Positions 26,101-38,500 of a stretch of DNA of 64,000 nt are shown in pieces. The position numbers were made by a program, and so were the translations under genes. The notes beneath the pieces were generated by a model, which was not told the DNA's origin, searched no databases, and was given only the letters and a program-made list of their open reading frames with translations. The stretch is from Mytilus californianus (taxonomy: Eukaryota), in the NCBI RefSeq assembly GCF_021869535.1, contig NW_026262679.1, forward strand, positions 72,602,001-72,666,000, in the 5' to 3' direction. The stretch's first letter is position 1; each line of letters begins with the position of its first letter.

Positions 26101-27640
26101 CCATCTAATGGATATTATATTTCATATTCAACTAACTATTCAAACTACTTTGAATAGTTATAATGCTATACTATGTTCTTGTTGTGAATTATTGTAATTA
26201 TTACTTAGTCACTGTATTTTGATCCACTATCAAGGACAACTGCACGTCCCCAAATATCTTAGATTTTCAAATCCCCACAGTTATTCAAACTGCTTTATAT
26301 TATCATAATGTTCCAATAATTATTTGGTATAAATTAAACATGTCAGAAATTATTTTTGACACATTCACATAGCTTTAGTATTTTGACCCCTTACCTTGAA
26401 AAATTTACCTCCGCCTAATAAGAACTTGATATTATTAAACTACAAATGTATGTTGGAAAAGATGTTTTCAGATTTTTTTTTACTGAAGGGATGATATTTG
26501 GACCCTTTCCTAGAAAAAAAACCATCAGATTTTCTAGCTGTCATTGCATTTCAAATTACTTGATGTGGTTTTATTATTCAAATTAATATTTGGTGTAAAT
26601 AATCATTATGGAAAAGATGTTTTTTTTTCAACATTTTCACTAAGCCATGGTGTTTGGACCCCCCTAAACTATGGACTAAGACTGAACTCCCCCTATATAG
26701 ACTGGCGCAGATGTTCAAATCAATTAAGCTAGTCTAGTCAATCTATTTTATATAATAATAATGCTTCAAGACCTATTTGGTATGAATAAAACAAGTTGGA
26801 AAAGTTGTTTTAACATTTTAACTTGGCCATTTTAGGTTTTTCGTTTATTTGCGGCATGTAATTACCTAATTTTCCTTCTTTTTGGATGCATTTTAGCTTT
26901 TTGTGAAAATAGACGTTCGGTTCTTGTCAAATCTAATTGTAGAAAAAAATATTTTGAATGTGGCGGGATTAAGCATGTTTGAGAGCGATCAACCCTCCTC
27001 CTTACCTTGGACAGTGGTTTAACAGCATATTAAGAACAAACTGTAACAAATCAATAGGAAATGGCATAGCGCAACAGATTGGTCCGAAGCACAAAAGACA
27101 TCAGAACAAACTTTAAAATCCAAGAGGAAATTGCTTAATTCAACGGATTGAAACAATGCACACAAAACAACAAACATAAAAACAAGACACGGAGTACTAG
27201 CAGTTACTGAAAGTTACTGAAAATAATTTCAAATCCAATCACAACTTATACATAAACTTGATATTTTTATCCAGGTGCAGATGTACATTATAAGATCAAC
27301 TGTATGTCCACCATAAATAAAGATCTGAAGAATGCAGGTTAATATGAGACAAATCAAATGTGCATTTTGCTTAAATATATACCTGGTTTTCATCTCCTGA
27401 GAAATTAACTACGTCCTCCTGTGCGTCGGATTCCAATAACAAAATAGTACAGGAACCAAAGGAATGCAATGATAGTTCTGACTTCTTCCTCCTAAAAAGA
27501 TGAACTTTTGATTTCTTTGGTACAGGAACAAGCACTGTACACTCATGACATGTTGCTATCTGCGGCAATTCAGAGAAAAAATACACTCGACTCGATCGAG
27601 GCCTTGGATTTTTCTCTGAGGAATTAGTCTCTTTGCTCAT
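17100..27640 (-). CDS. SHARPIN/RBCK1(HOIL-1)-like protein, join(27640-27383,21526-21298,18250-17251,17175-17100), ~520 aa
   Basis: Splice phases 0,1,2 are consistent. The N-terminal ~160 aa resemble the SHARPIN PH-like fold (...SFVLQFPKGPEFDKFYPKLQNV). LLHAAINDGDQEKARQYADILAASHVKGTVLL resembles the LTM helix pair of SHARPIN ([31 protein letters not shown]). The last exon is tentative. Confidence 0.7.
17251..18250 (-). CDS. SHARPIN/RBCK1-like coding exon 3 (repeat linker + LTM)
   Basis: Lies within a 342-aa ORF; tttcag acceptor (nearby in-frame tag acceptors are also possible), ATC AA|gtaaga donor. Confidence 0.85.
19910..20150 (+). repeat. Decayed hammerhead-ribozyme (retrozyme-type) repeat monomer
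   Basis: gagcgtca-ATGAAAA-gac-tattgta-gac-GAAA-cgagc-gta-aggcg at 20074-20118, preceded by the same body as the 63915-64000 copy; the CUGAUGA core is mutated. Confidence 0.6.
21298..21526 (-). CDS. SHARPIN/RBCK1-like coding exon 2 (PH-like domain)
   Basis: tttcag|ACT acceptor, AAA A|gtaagt donor, 229 nt. Confidence 0.8.
23826..23914. repeat. Perfect 41-bp inverted repeat with 7-nt loop
   Basis: cacaggcacttgtttctatccatgggaagatccactatcaa / atatacg / exact reverse complement. Confidence 0.9.
24937..25992. mobile_element. Non-autonomous TIR DNA transposon with subterminal AAACGTGTCC repeats
   Basis: Ends tgtaacactc.../...gagtgttaca, TA(TA) on both flanks, multiple inward-oriented aaacgtgtcc/ggacacgttt motifs at each end, no transposase ORF. 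Confidence 0.8.
27383..27640 (-). CDS. SHARPIN/RBCK1-like coding exon 1
   Basis: ATG at 27640, 86 codons, donor CAG|gtatat; an upstream acceptor at ~27692 implies a 5'UTR exon. Confidence 0.7.
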
Positions 27641-28328
27641 TTTATCAATCTCCCTTTCACAATTTATTATTCCTACTTGTGTTTTGGATCACTGTTAAAT
27701 AAACCAAAAAGAGAAGTTCAAAAATCAAACTTATATTTAACAAGCTAATTAACAAATGTCACTTTTTCCTGTCGTATTTACTTCCTGTTTTTTTTTTGTA
27801 TATGTCAATGTTCCGCAACGCTTCTTTCATTTATTATCAATTTTGTAATTAACAATACTATTTGTTTAGTAAATCGTCATCACATAATCTAAAAAAAACT
27901 CTAAACAGCAGTACAAGAAAATGTTGATAAATTATGTTGAAATAAGCCAAAAATAAATTCAATTTTGTTAAAACAAAAGTTCATCAACAAGTTACATCCA
28001 TTTTATATGTATTACTTCCTTATCTACAGTCAAACAGTCTGATCAAAATCACACTTCTCACTTGGTATCTTTTTATATGTCGCGCGTGGGCCCCACGCAA
28101 CATATCAGAAAACGAGAGCGCTTAGAGGTTTGATTTTAATCCAAATGACAGTCAACCAGTGTCTTCCTGGAATGCCTACCCTACATTTTATGAAATTAAT
28201 ATCTATTCATCGAATGCCGACAAAAAATAAATTGAATAAATGTTTGTTTTAGTGAATGGGGGTGTTTTAGAACAAAATTTAATTATTAGGAAAAAAGTAG
28301 ATTAAAGATAAAATGTTAAATAGCACTA

Positions 28329-28538
28329 TGGCGCGGAATCAAGGTCATAGTTAATGATTTTAGCATATGCTTAATCGTATTTCAGCATATGCTAAATTCA
28401 TTTTATCACATACTAAATTCGTTTTAGCATGTGCTGAATTATTCAGCATATACAGAAATATTCAATTCGGCTAAAATAAATTCAGCATATGCGAACGTGG
28501 ATTCAGCATTGAATAATTATGACCTTGATTCCGCGCCA
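28329..28538. mobile_element. MITE with 21-bp TIRs
   Basis: tggcgcggaatcaaggtcata ... tatgaccttgattccgcgcca; interior made of repeated ttcagcatatgc-like motifs. Confidence 0.8.
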
Positions 28539-29239
28539 AAAAGCACCTTATAAATTTCACCTTTTTCAATAAAAATGAAACTGAAATGGAATGGAATAAT
28601 AAAGAAAATGGTATACAATTCAAATTTTAAAAAACCCATAAAATTGAAACAACTTAATGAAATAAGTGCATATATAGATGTTTTCAAAATGTAATAATCG
28701 AAATGAAGGCTATTACTGTTATAAAAAAAAGTAAAAAAAAATTTTCTGAAATGTGATTCATGTACATTTTAAATATATGTGTGTTTTATTTATTTATGAT
28801 TGTGACACGTTCTTTGTTACACCACATATAGAGGCCCTACTGGTTATTGTATCTGATAAATAGACCAAACCACAAAAACTAAACATTGTCCACTGAACCA
28901 TGAAAATGAGGTCACGGTCAGATGAAACCTGCCAGTCAGAATTGTACACCTTACAAACATTCCATACACTAAATGTAGTTATTTCATATCGGTTAAGAAT
29001 TAGCTTCTCTTATTGGATAACAAGAGGCCACATGACATTCTTTATTCTTCAGTAATAATTTCTATCGGTCTTTAACAGACTTTTACATGTTAATGACCGA
29101 TGGGGCGTGGTTTCTCTGTTGATAGAGATGTCCCTATAATAAAACATTTTTCTGTTTTCAATTTTATATTGAAGTTGTTGAATTGTTTACCATATGTTTT
29201 CGTTAATTATAAAATTATAGAAAAATTTTGTTTTCATAT

Positions 29240-29660
29240 ACAAAAAAAAAAACTAACGGTATAATTTATAACAAAACAATTTACGAAAAACAAATATGAC
29301 AGAATGAATCAACAACAACCACTGTACTACAGGCTTCTGACTTGGAACAGGCATATAATGTAGCGGGGTTAAAAATGTTTGTGAGCGCTCAACCCTCCCC
29401 TAACCTGGGACAGTGGCGTAGCAGCACAACATAAGAACAAACTGTAAGTTCAATTGCAGTTGCAATTGGCTAAACTCAAAGATCGGAATGAGGGACAAAA
29501 CCCACTAACAATAAAACAATAGACGCAAGGCACCGAAATAAGAGTACTCGCAGTTACTGAAAGCTAGTTCAAAGCAGATTACTAGTACAACTAATAAATA
29601 ATCATGTTCTCCCAGGCTAAAGTATCAATCAGTACACATCCAACGGACCATTACCAGTCT
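29240..29660 (-). mobile_element. Copy of PLE 3'-trailer repeat (family B, gagtactcgcagttactgaaagctag)
   Basis: The same motif occurs at ~46082 next to the PLE RT, at ~27191, and inverted at ~16724 and ~44718. Confidence 0.55.
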
Positions 29661-30199
29661 GAGAAATGCATGGCTTTTGAATAAAGTATTATATATACAT
29701 CCGATTCTCTTTTTCTCAATCCACGTACCTACACAAGCAACTACTGTCATTTTCATTCTGGAGTCAAGGGCCTTTTAAATTCACCATTTTTTTGTTTTTT
29801 GATTGATAAATAAACCGCCAAGTTCCGTATTCGTGTTTGCTGCATTTGTAAATTTAAGATCTGGTAAATCACCGTCACAAATTGAACATATATGACAGCT
29901 ATGATACATGCACTAGTAATTAGATTTACATAACACTAAACTTAGTTAATAATAGACTCCTTTTAACAAACACCTGTGAAACAAGTGGTCTGCCAATAGA
30001 CCAATTATAAGATGACGCGAGTTGTGAATATGTGCTTAACTGCTTTTAAATTAGGTGCTCTGACAGAGCCCATCGCACTAATTTTATAGTATATACCTTT
30101 CCATTGACTAACCGTTACGTATATCAGACTTCTCCAATATATATTAAAATTACATTGTCCCTAGGAGTAAAGCTGTTTTTAATCTATTAGGTGTTCAAA

Positions 30200-30239
30200 C
30201 AAGGAATTGTATATTTAAATTTAAATATACAATTCCTTG
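30200..30239. mobile_element. 40-bp perfect palindrome CAAGGA...TCCTTG (minimal TIR element)
   Basis: caaggaattgtatatttaaa + exact reverse complement; flanks gttcaaa/gttaaaa. Confidence 0.6.
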
Positions 30240-30771
30240 GTTAAAACAAGTAAAAATGTGAGCTACTGCTCATTTATGATACCCCTCCCCCCCTTAAAAA
30301 ATGTACACAGGAAATTGATTGGTCATAAATCTAAAAAAGCATAACACAATAAAACATGCTCACATGAAACTTGACATCAACTTTAAGGAAGCTCTTATTT
30401 GTAGTTCCCTAGAAAAATGCAACGAAAAACTCATGCACATGACTATTATGTATTCGAATTTCAAAATATTCAGTAAACCGGAAATTGACGATCGATTAAT
30501 CTGAAACATGGTATATAGCATGATCATATGATAACTGATATCAAATTTCAAGAAGATCTTATTTGTAGTTCCCTACAAAAAAACGAGGAAAATTCATACA
30601 TGGCCATTATATATAAGAATATATTGAGACTACTATAAGTCGCAGGAATATATCAGTATTCGGAAAACAGGAAGTTGACGATTGATGAATCTAAAACCGC
30701 ATCATACTGTATAGAGTGATCATATCAGGACTGATAACAAATTACAGGAAGATCTGATTTTGAGTTCCCTA

Positions 30772-31128
30772 GAACTAGAGACTCTTAAGAGCCTGTGTCA
30801 CTCACCTAGGTCTATGTACATCTTCACTAATAGACACTCTCCCAAGATTGTAAACTAGATTATAATTGCTGACTAAAATCTCTTTTTTGTCGTTCTTGTA
30901 TTGCTGATAATTTTTTCGGTTCAGTTTCTCTCCATCTTCGACAATTTTTGCCTAAATCACAAAAAGGGGTACAAAAATCCTTAATTAAGGGCAATAACTC
31001 CTATAAGAAACAGCTGACAATTTCATCTATGCTGTCCTTTCTGAAGATCTTGTAAAGTTGATTTTTTTTAATAAATTTACGGGCCAGGTGAGCTTTCTAT
31101 TGGACCTATGGGGCAGGTGAGCTTAAAA
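30772..31128 (+). mobile_element. Internally deleted HINE/Helentron-type element (relative of 38328-39617)
   Basis: Start actagag..ctcttaagagcctgtgtcactcacct and end ggtgagcttaaaa, both matching the ends of the 38328 element. Confidence 0.55.
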
Positions 31129-32201
31129 TGTGACAAAAAAATTCGTACACGGCCATTATATGTAAGAAAATAAGTATTTGGTTAATAGGTTTACGATTGA
31201 TTAATCTGAAACTGCATCACACGGTATAGCATGTTCATAAGAAGATTGAACAAACATTTTAGGAAGATCTTATATGTAGATCCTGAGAAAATTGCAAATG
31301 TTCATTGGTCCAACAGACAGATGGACGACAAACAGAGGTAAATCTGTATAACCCCTTACCTCCTTTGGAACGGGGGTATAGATATCAAATGATCAAAGGA
31401 TTAAATATAGGTCACCAGTCTGTCTTGATTTCAATAAGCCAAAAAAATCATTGTTTCCTAATTCCATACCTACCCTCAATTTGTATGTCTATACTAACAC
31501 ATATTATGGACACAGTTGAAGTCAGACATTTTTATTAAGAGACCTTAAAGCCCAGAACATTTCCCTATGTACATGTAGTCTGGCTTGAAATATTTTGAAA
31601 AGGAAATCATCTTATCTACCAACATGTAGCTATCTATTTTTTTTTTCTGAAAGAAACCAGGAAACAAGTATATATATATATACATTGTTGGGCTGATGTT
31701 TAGACGAGTTGAATATACAGAATGTACACAGCCATGTATCACCATCACTGCTGGTGATCCGATGGATAAATCTGTTGTAGAGTTGTCACTGGTTCAGACG
31801 TACTTATATATATATATATATATATATATTTATAAACAAGTCTAAATTGAAAACGACGTTCAAACCTATATATTTATATATATATATATAAATTGCCTAA
31901 CAATGTAATTTTAACACACTATTTAGAATGTAAATATTAAATGATTAAAATATTTGCAATGCGATAAAAAGCAAAGGCAATATTTCGCTAGACAAACTAG
32001 CTTCATCGAGCGTGCATCTATCCAGGTGAAATCGGATGCAGATAAGAAACTTTTGCAGCTCATTGTAGTGATTTTTTGCTGCTTAAGAAGGGAGCATCTT
32101 TTTACTACAGAACACCCAAAAAATACCACAGAACTTAGAAATGTTAATATTTCAGACATTGTTATTCGTCAATAAATATTTGGATAACAGATAGCATTCA
32201 T

Positions 32202-32388
32202 GAGGGGCCTGATAGGGGGGTCTCATCACGATTCACGAGTTGATTTTTTTGTCAATCACGATTCACAGAAAATAAATTTCCATGATCACGGATCACGAAA
32301 ATATAAAAAAAAAAATCTGTAGAAAAACGGATCACGATAGCGAAAATGCGCCGATCACGAAGCACGAAAATAACCCATCAGGCCCCTC
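32202..32388. mobile_element. MITE with gaggggcctgat TIRs and 6-bp TSD ATTCAT
   Basis: TIRs at both ends, attcat directly repeated on both flanks, internal tcacga repeats. Confidence 0.75.
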
Positions 32389-32579
32389 ATTCATCATTCA
32401 GTATAATGTAAAATGAATCTTGTCAATTTATTCGACCACGGTGCAGGCGTTGTTGCCACAATGTCACAGAAGCAAGGGTTTGAAACCCGCTGAGGAAAGA
32501 ACAAAAATTTGCTAACGCAAATTTAAAGATCTAATATTGTGTTAAATTTGAGACGAGTTATATACAGTGTATATATATA

Positions 32580-33213
32580 CATCCATTGGATCACCAGTGA
32601 AGGTGATACACGGCTGAAAACACATATTATATTCATAATAACTATAAATATCAGCACAACATTGTTAAATCTGCAAATTTCCGGAAGCAAATTTTTGTTC
32701 TCACCTCACCGGGATTCGAACTCATGCTATTGGGATATCGAGACAACACCGCCTACACTGTGCCCAGCACTCTAGACCACTCGGCCACCTAGACTGAACT
32801 AAAAATTCAGCTTTCGATGGCCTAGTGTTACTTTTCCACGTCAGTAGAATCTAGAACTGTAACACAGTACATGATATATAAGGCATGAAGATGGAATATA
32901 TAATTATATATAAGTACATCTAAACAAGTGACAACAGATCCATCCATTGGATCACCAGTGAAGGTGAAACACGGCTGAAAACACATATTATATTCATAAT
33001 TACTCTAAATATCAGCTCAACAATGTTAAATCTGCAAATTTGCAGAACACTTGTTTAGAAGTGGAAAGGTAACACTAGGCCATTGAAAGCTGAATTTTTA
33101 GTTCAGTCTAGGTGGCCGAGTGGTCTAGAGTGCTGGGCACAGTGTAGGGGGTGTTGTCTCGATATCCCAATAGCATGAGTTCGAATCCCGGTGAGGTGAG
33201 AACAAAAATTTGC
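32580..33213. mobile_element. tRNA-headed SINE-like unit in tandem (361-bp period) plus inverted duplication
   Basis: Direct repeat 32580-32680/32941-33041; inverted repeat 32687-32839/33061-33213 containing A-box tggccgagtgg and B-box gagttcgaatcc. Confidence 0.75.
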
Positions 33214-35406
33214 CACCCCTAACCTAAAATCCTGGATCTGCCCCTGTGGACCAAACCAATTTTAACTGGTTTTTGTCCAATGTCTGGCGACTTTGGGAAT
33301 GACTGTCAAATCAAAATTGCAGTATAATATGGTCAACTACACATGATGGCAAACAATCCTATGAGGTATGAGCGCTTTCTGTCAAATGGTCTCGGAGGAG
33401 TAACATTCACAAGGTTACACTATTACAATTCACCAAAAAAAGTCAAAGTCCCACAACTCCTGTTTAAATGGTCAGATCAAAATATGATCAACTGCACATG
33501 ATGACAAACAATCCTACAAAGTGTGAGAGCTTTCTGTCAAAAGATCTGAGGAGTTGTGTTTACAAAATGACACTTTACAATTTAAAAAAAGTCCCATAAC
33601 TCCTGTATAAATAGTTTGATCAAAATGACAGTATATGGTCAACTACACATGACAGTAAGGTGTCACTCCTTCAACCCTTTATTCATGTAATTTGTCATAT
33701 TCTATTATAACAAAGGTATTTTTTTCTGAAGTTAATTTAATAATGGATAAGCTTATGACAAAGTATCAAAAGGCTTGCACATTTCATGGCATTCTGTTTG
33801 GAAATCTGTAAAATAGATATAAATATGGCGACCATACCCCTTCCAGCTTTCCTTCGTAAAAAAATCCCTAAAGCAAAGCTTTTGTCCACGCTAGATACAA
33901 ATCATAGGCAATAACTGAACTTGCCCAGGTTGTAAAATTCCTGAAAGACTTCAACTGAAGTACAAAGCTGGATTATGGCAACCCAGCCCATCCTCCCGTC
34001 TATTTCGTAAATAATTACCTACAGCAAAGTTTTTGTCCACATTCGATACAAATGAAAGGCAATGACCTAAGGCTGCCATGGCAAAAAGGCCCAAGTGGGC
34101 AATTCAAAGAGGGAGTATAAATGAGTTCAAAGTTGATGTATGGTTACACTTCCTGCTCCCAGCTTCAATTTGTAAAAAAAATCCCTAACCGGTTTGTGAA
34201 ATAAATACAGTTAAGTTGGCCATACATCTGGTCTTTTTATGAAAAAGGATCATCTTACAAATTTTTCAAGCTTTTCACCAAGTTTGTGATAGAAAAAATA
34301 TTTTCACAGATCTTTCAATCTTATCAAAATATATAACAAGTTCATCTTACAATTCACTTAGTTGATAAGTTTTGTCTGATTAACTGTGTTGAAGTTTCAA
34401 AATGGTAAATACAATAAATCAGCTTTATTTTCATAATTTATTACTAATTTACATACTATATACAATTTTTACAAGTGTATTAAAAATAAACACATGAAAC
34501 ACAAATAAATGATAGAAAGTGAAAATAAAACCATTTAAAAGTAATTTTTACAAATCCTTATTTCACCTGATACCAAAGAGATCATCTTTTAAATAAAAAA
34601 AGTTTTTTTCTAAAAAGAAAATTTTAAATTTTGGCCTGATTTACCACTCAACTAGCTATAGAAGTTTTGTAATTAAGTAGATTACATCTACTGGTTCAAG
34701 ATTATGCTAACAATAAAACAATTAAATTTATGTTGTCCTGTCTGTGATAACTCCAAACAAATCATGAGATGCCAACTTTCTGGTGGCAAGTCACTATGTG
34801 TCTGGAAAATCATAAACTGACTGCTCTAGATATGAAAGTTTCCTATTATCAAACAGTAATAGAGCAGAATTTGCATATAAATTGGGTTTACTAACTTACG
34901 ATCTTTATTTTATTTCATTTATCTATCAAAAAAGGGGAGGGGAGTTTTTTTTTAAATTATTCAAAACTGTAAATGCAAAATTTGTGCTCTCTACAAGTTA
35001 CAAGCTAGAGATAGCCATTTATCTACCAAAGCATAATCAGTTGATAAACTATAAAAAAATAAAAATAAATGAACAGTCTCAAAATGTCACAAAGGACAGA
35101 ATTTTGACAGCAGTAATACACACATCATAATTAAAGCTTTATAAAATAATCTTCTTTCATTCCTTTTCCCTAACAAAACTCACTTTCTCACTTAGACACA
35201 GCTATACACATTCATTAAATATTTACATTGCAGAAATGTTTGTAGAAATATAAAATTTCAATCTATCATAGCAACCTTATTACATCACGACTAACAGATA
35301 AGTTGAGTATTGCAAAACAAATGCCCAAGTTCAGATTTAATATTCTGTTGTTATATTTAAATCGTGGATCCCGTAGCAATTCATGAAAGAAAATGTATAT
35401 GCATGT

Positions 35407-35546
35407 TCACATTCCTTCCTTGAGTTGAAGAGGTCCAATGTTCGGCAGTAAGTCTATAGAATTGTCTAGAGATATTGAGGGGAGAGGTACATCTTCAAAA
35501 TCTTCTGGTTCTAATAAATCTTCAAATCTAATTTCATCTGAATAAT
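35407..35546 (-). CDS. Securin-like terminal coding exon 5 (DYSDEIRFEDLLEPEDFEDVPLPSI...KEGM*)
   Basis: tttcag acceptor, phase 1, TGA at 35409-35407. Confidence 0.75.
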
Positions 35547-38500
35547 CTGAAACAGAAGATTAAACAGAACATTTAAATTTTGCACATCTGCAATTCAACT
35601 GATGATTCTTAAATATTTTGTCTACAAGTTGTTTTTCTTTCCAATGTCACAGATGCAATGAATCAACCAACACCAACTATCCCCAACTTATCAAATTTAG
35701 TTCATCAAGTTAATTTTTCTTTAAAAAATAGGTTTTGAGGTAAATATTACACAGCTATCAATACCAGTCATCAATGTACTTACATATTCAATAAACAAAT
35801 TTAGTGATGTTGAAAATGAGATGACAACAAGAAAATAAACTGTTGACACACAGACTGTCTTGCCTGTATATAATTTTGATAGTAAAATACAAATGTTGAA
35901 ATTAAAAAAGCAATACTTTTACATGTAAATTATGCAAAATACTAAAAGTCAAAGAACAATGACTTGAAGGAACAGAGAATTAAATTCTGAGTTATAATAT
36001 ATGTCAATGCCAATACAACTACCGATATATACTAAATATCATTGACTCATCATTAGTGGTTCCCCATAATAGAATAGAGAATGGAAACTGGGAATATGTC
36101 AAGAGAGGCAACAACCCGACCAAAGAGCAGAAACAACATAAACTGACCTAATCAAAAACTATACAAAAGTTTTAAAGTCACTAGACCATAACTAAGGGGC
36201 AGGGGCCAAATAGTCTCCATGGAAATGAGATGTACCAAAGCTTATACAACTGCATATAAAATAGAAATGACTTTATCATAAGTGATTCCCCTTAAGGATG
36301 CATTCTTCTGACGTTTCAGTCTCGTTGAAATCTCGTTCTGGAATTATTTCCAAAACATGTGATACAAGTGGAAAATATCAATGAATTTAAAAAATATTAT
36401 AATCAAACTTAACTCTGTGAAAAAATTGTGTATTTACAATAAGTAGTTTTTGAGTAATAAAATTTTAAAATTTTATAACCAATCAAGTCAGTCTCATTAG
36501 CCAAAATGTTGAGAAAATGGGTGAGGGGTACAAGAAATGATTTTACCAGATACATGTACATCCCATATAATTTTTTTCTTTTCAAATTTCTTAGATATGT
36601 ATTTTTTCAATCATTTATAACAAAGAAGTTGAAATAATATGCTTTTTGTTCTAGAAAAAAAGAGAAAAATCCCAAATTTACAAAATTGACAATATGGTAA
36701 ATTTGACACGAAAAATCAACAAAATTTTATAAAACTTTCTTATATTAACACCTACCCATAGTTTTTTTAAGTTAAATTTATTCAGATTGGTCCACTTCAT
36801 CTTTAGTGAAAGTATGAAAAAAAGTTTAATTGTGAAACTGTGATTTTTGTCATGATAATAGCCCAAAAATGGATGAAAAATGTGAAAATCATCAAAATTG
36901 GGTCCTTTCAAATGGCTGTAACAAAAAAGGAAGTACACCACCATATGATTTTTTCTCCACTCATTATTTTTTTACAGTCATATTAACCCAAAAATCAGGT
37001 TAAGAAAAAAAGTTTAATTCTAGACATTTTTGGCTCCTCAGAGGTGTACATCCTTAAGCTGACCCAATAACAAACTTTAACATGTAAACTATACAAAAGT
37101 TTCAAAGTCAATAATAGACCATGACTGAGCCAAATAATATCCATGGAAATGAGATGTGACAATGCTTATAGTTATACAACTGCATACCAAATATCATTGA
37201 TTTACCCTTAGTGGTTCCTCTTAAACTGACCTAACTTTTTCAAATTGTTTATTGCTACCGATGGAAACAGCATACCTAAGTCACGCTTTTTGACCGTGTC
37301 AAGGTGAAACAAAAATTGATGGTAAAAATTCAGTTTTTTTATTCATGATCCCACACCATATAATAAGCCATATATAGCTCTAAAAGTTTAAGAAAAATGT
37401 CCGATACCTGATTTTTCTGTTGAATATTTAGCTAAAGATGCTACCATCATTCTATCTTCTTCCTCCCTCATCCTTTGCCTCTCTAACTTCTCTTCTTCCT
37501 CATCACTTGAGTCAGGCAGTTCCCCAAACAAACAAGGTGGTCTCCAACGTACTAACTTATTAATGTATGTACTAATTCTGTCAGCTTTTGGCCAAATGTC
37601 CTCAAAATCATCCTCTAAATACAAATGATATAACAATGTAATAATTCACTTTTCAATCTTTCAGATCACTGTCTTAAATATCAATTGGATGACAATGTAT
37701 TTCTTAATTTCTTCAGATTAAAATCAGAGACATAAAAAAAATGAAGCATTGTCATTGTTGTCATCCAGCCAAATTTTTAGCTACTAGTCACATTTATTCT
37801 GATCTCATTTGTAATGTTTTTTTCTTTATACAAACTCTGCAAGACATTTCATGACTACCATTAAAACTTTGTGTGATTTTGGCCCAACAAGAAATTAGGT
37901 GGTAGGATAAAGTGTCTATAAATAAAAAAGAGAGAAAAGATACAATGGCACAATCTAAAATCATGTCTAATAAAATAGACAACATAAGAATTGAAGTGTA
38001 GAATTTTTCATTATTATAACTAACCAAGAGTGCACATGCTGAAATGTCTCGCCTGCTTTACTTGAATTTTTTTTATAGTCTGTAAATGAAGATTTTACTT
38101 CAAGTATCACATACAGTAATCATTGTCAAGGATCCATGAAAATGAGGTCACGGTTAGATGAACTATTCCAGACAGACATGTACACCTTACAATAATACCA
38201 TACACCAAATATAGTTGACCTATTGCTTATAGGAGAAATTAAACAAACATACCGTATATACTTAACCAGGAAGGTCAGATGAAACCTGCCAGTCGGACAT
38301 GTACACCTTACAATCAGTTAACACACCAAAACTAGAGGCTCTAAAAGGCCTGTGTCGCTCACCTTGGTCTATGTGCATATTAAACAAAGGACACAGATGG
38401 ATTCATGAAAAATTGTGTTTTGGTGATGGTGATGTGTTTGTAGATCTTACTTTATTGAACATTCTTGCTGCTTACAATTATCTCTATCTATAATGAACTT

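Noticed and set aside
28010-28130. TATA/Inr promoter of the SHARPIN-like gene (minus-strand TATAAAAAG at 28077-28069)
   Set aside because: The motif is common in AT-rich DNA and its spacing to the nearest TCA initiator is too long.
33108-33200. tRNA gene
   Set aside because: A and B boxes are present but there is no convincing cloverleaf, and the sequence continues into SINE body; the same applies to 57833-57925.
37440-37500. ExxR separase cleavage sites in the securin-like C-half (ERQR, EEDR)
   Set aside because: Expected by chance in an E/R-rich helix; no conservation data available.
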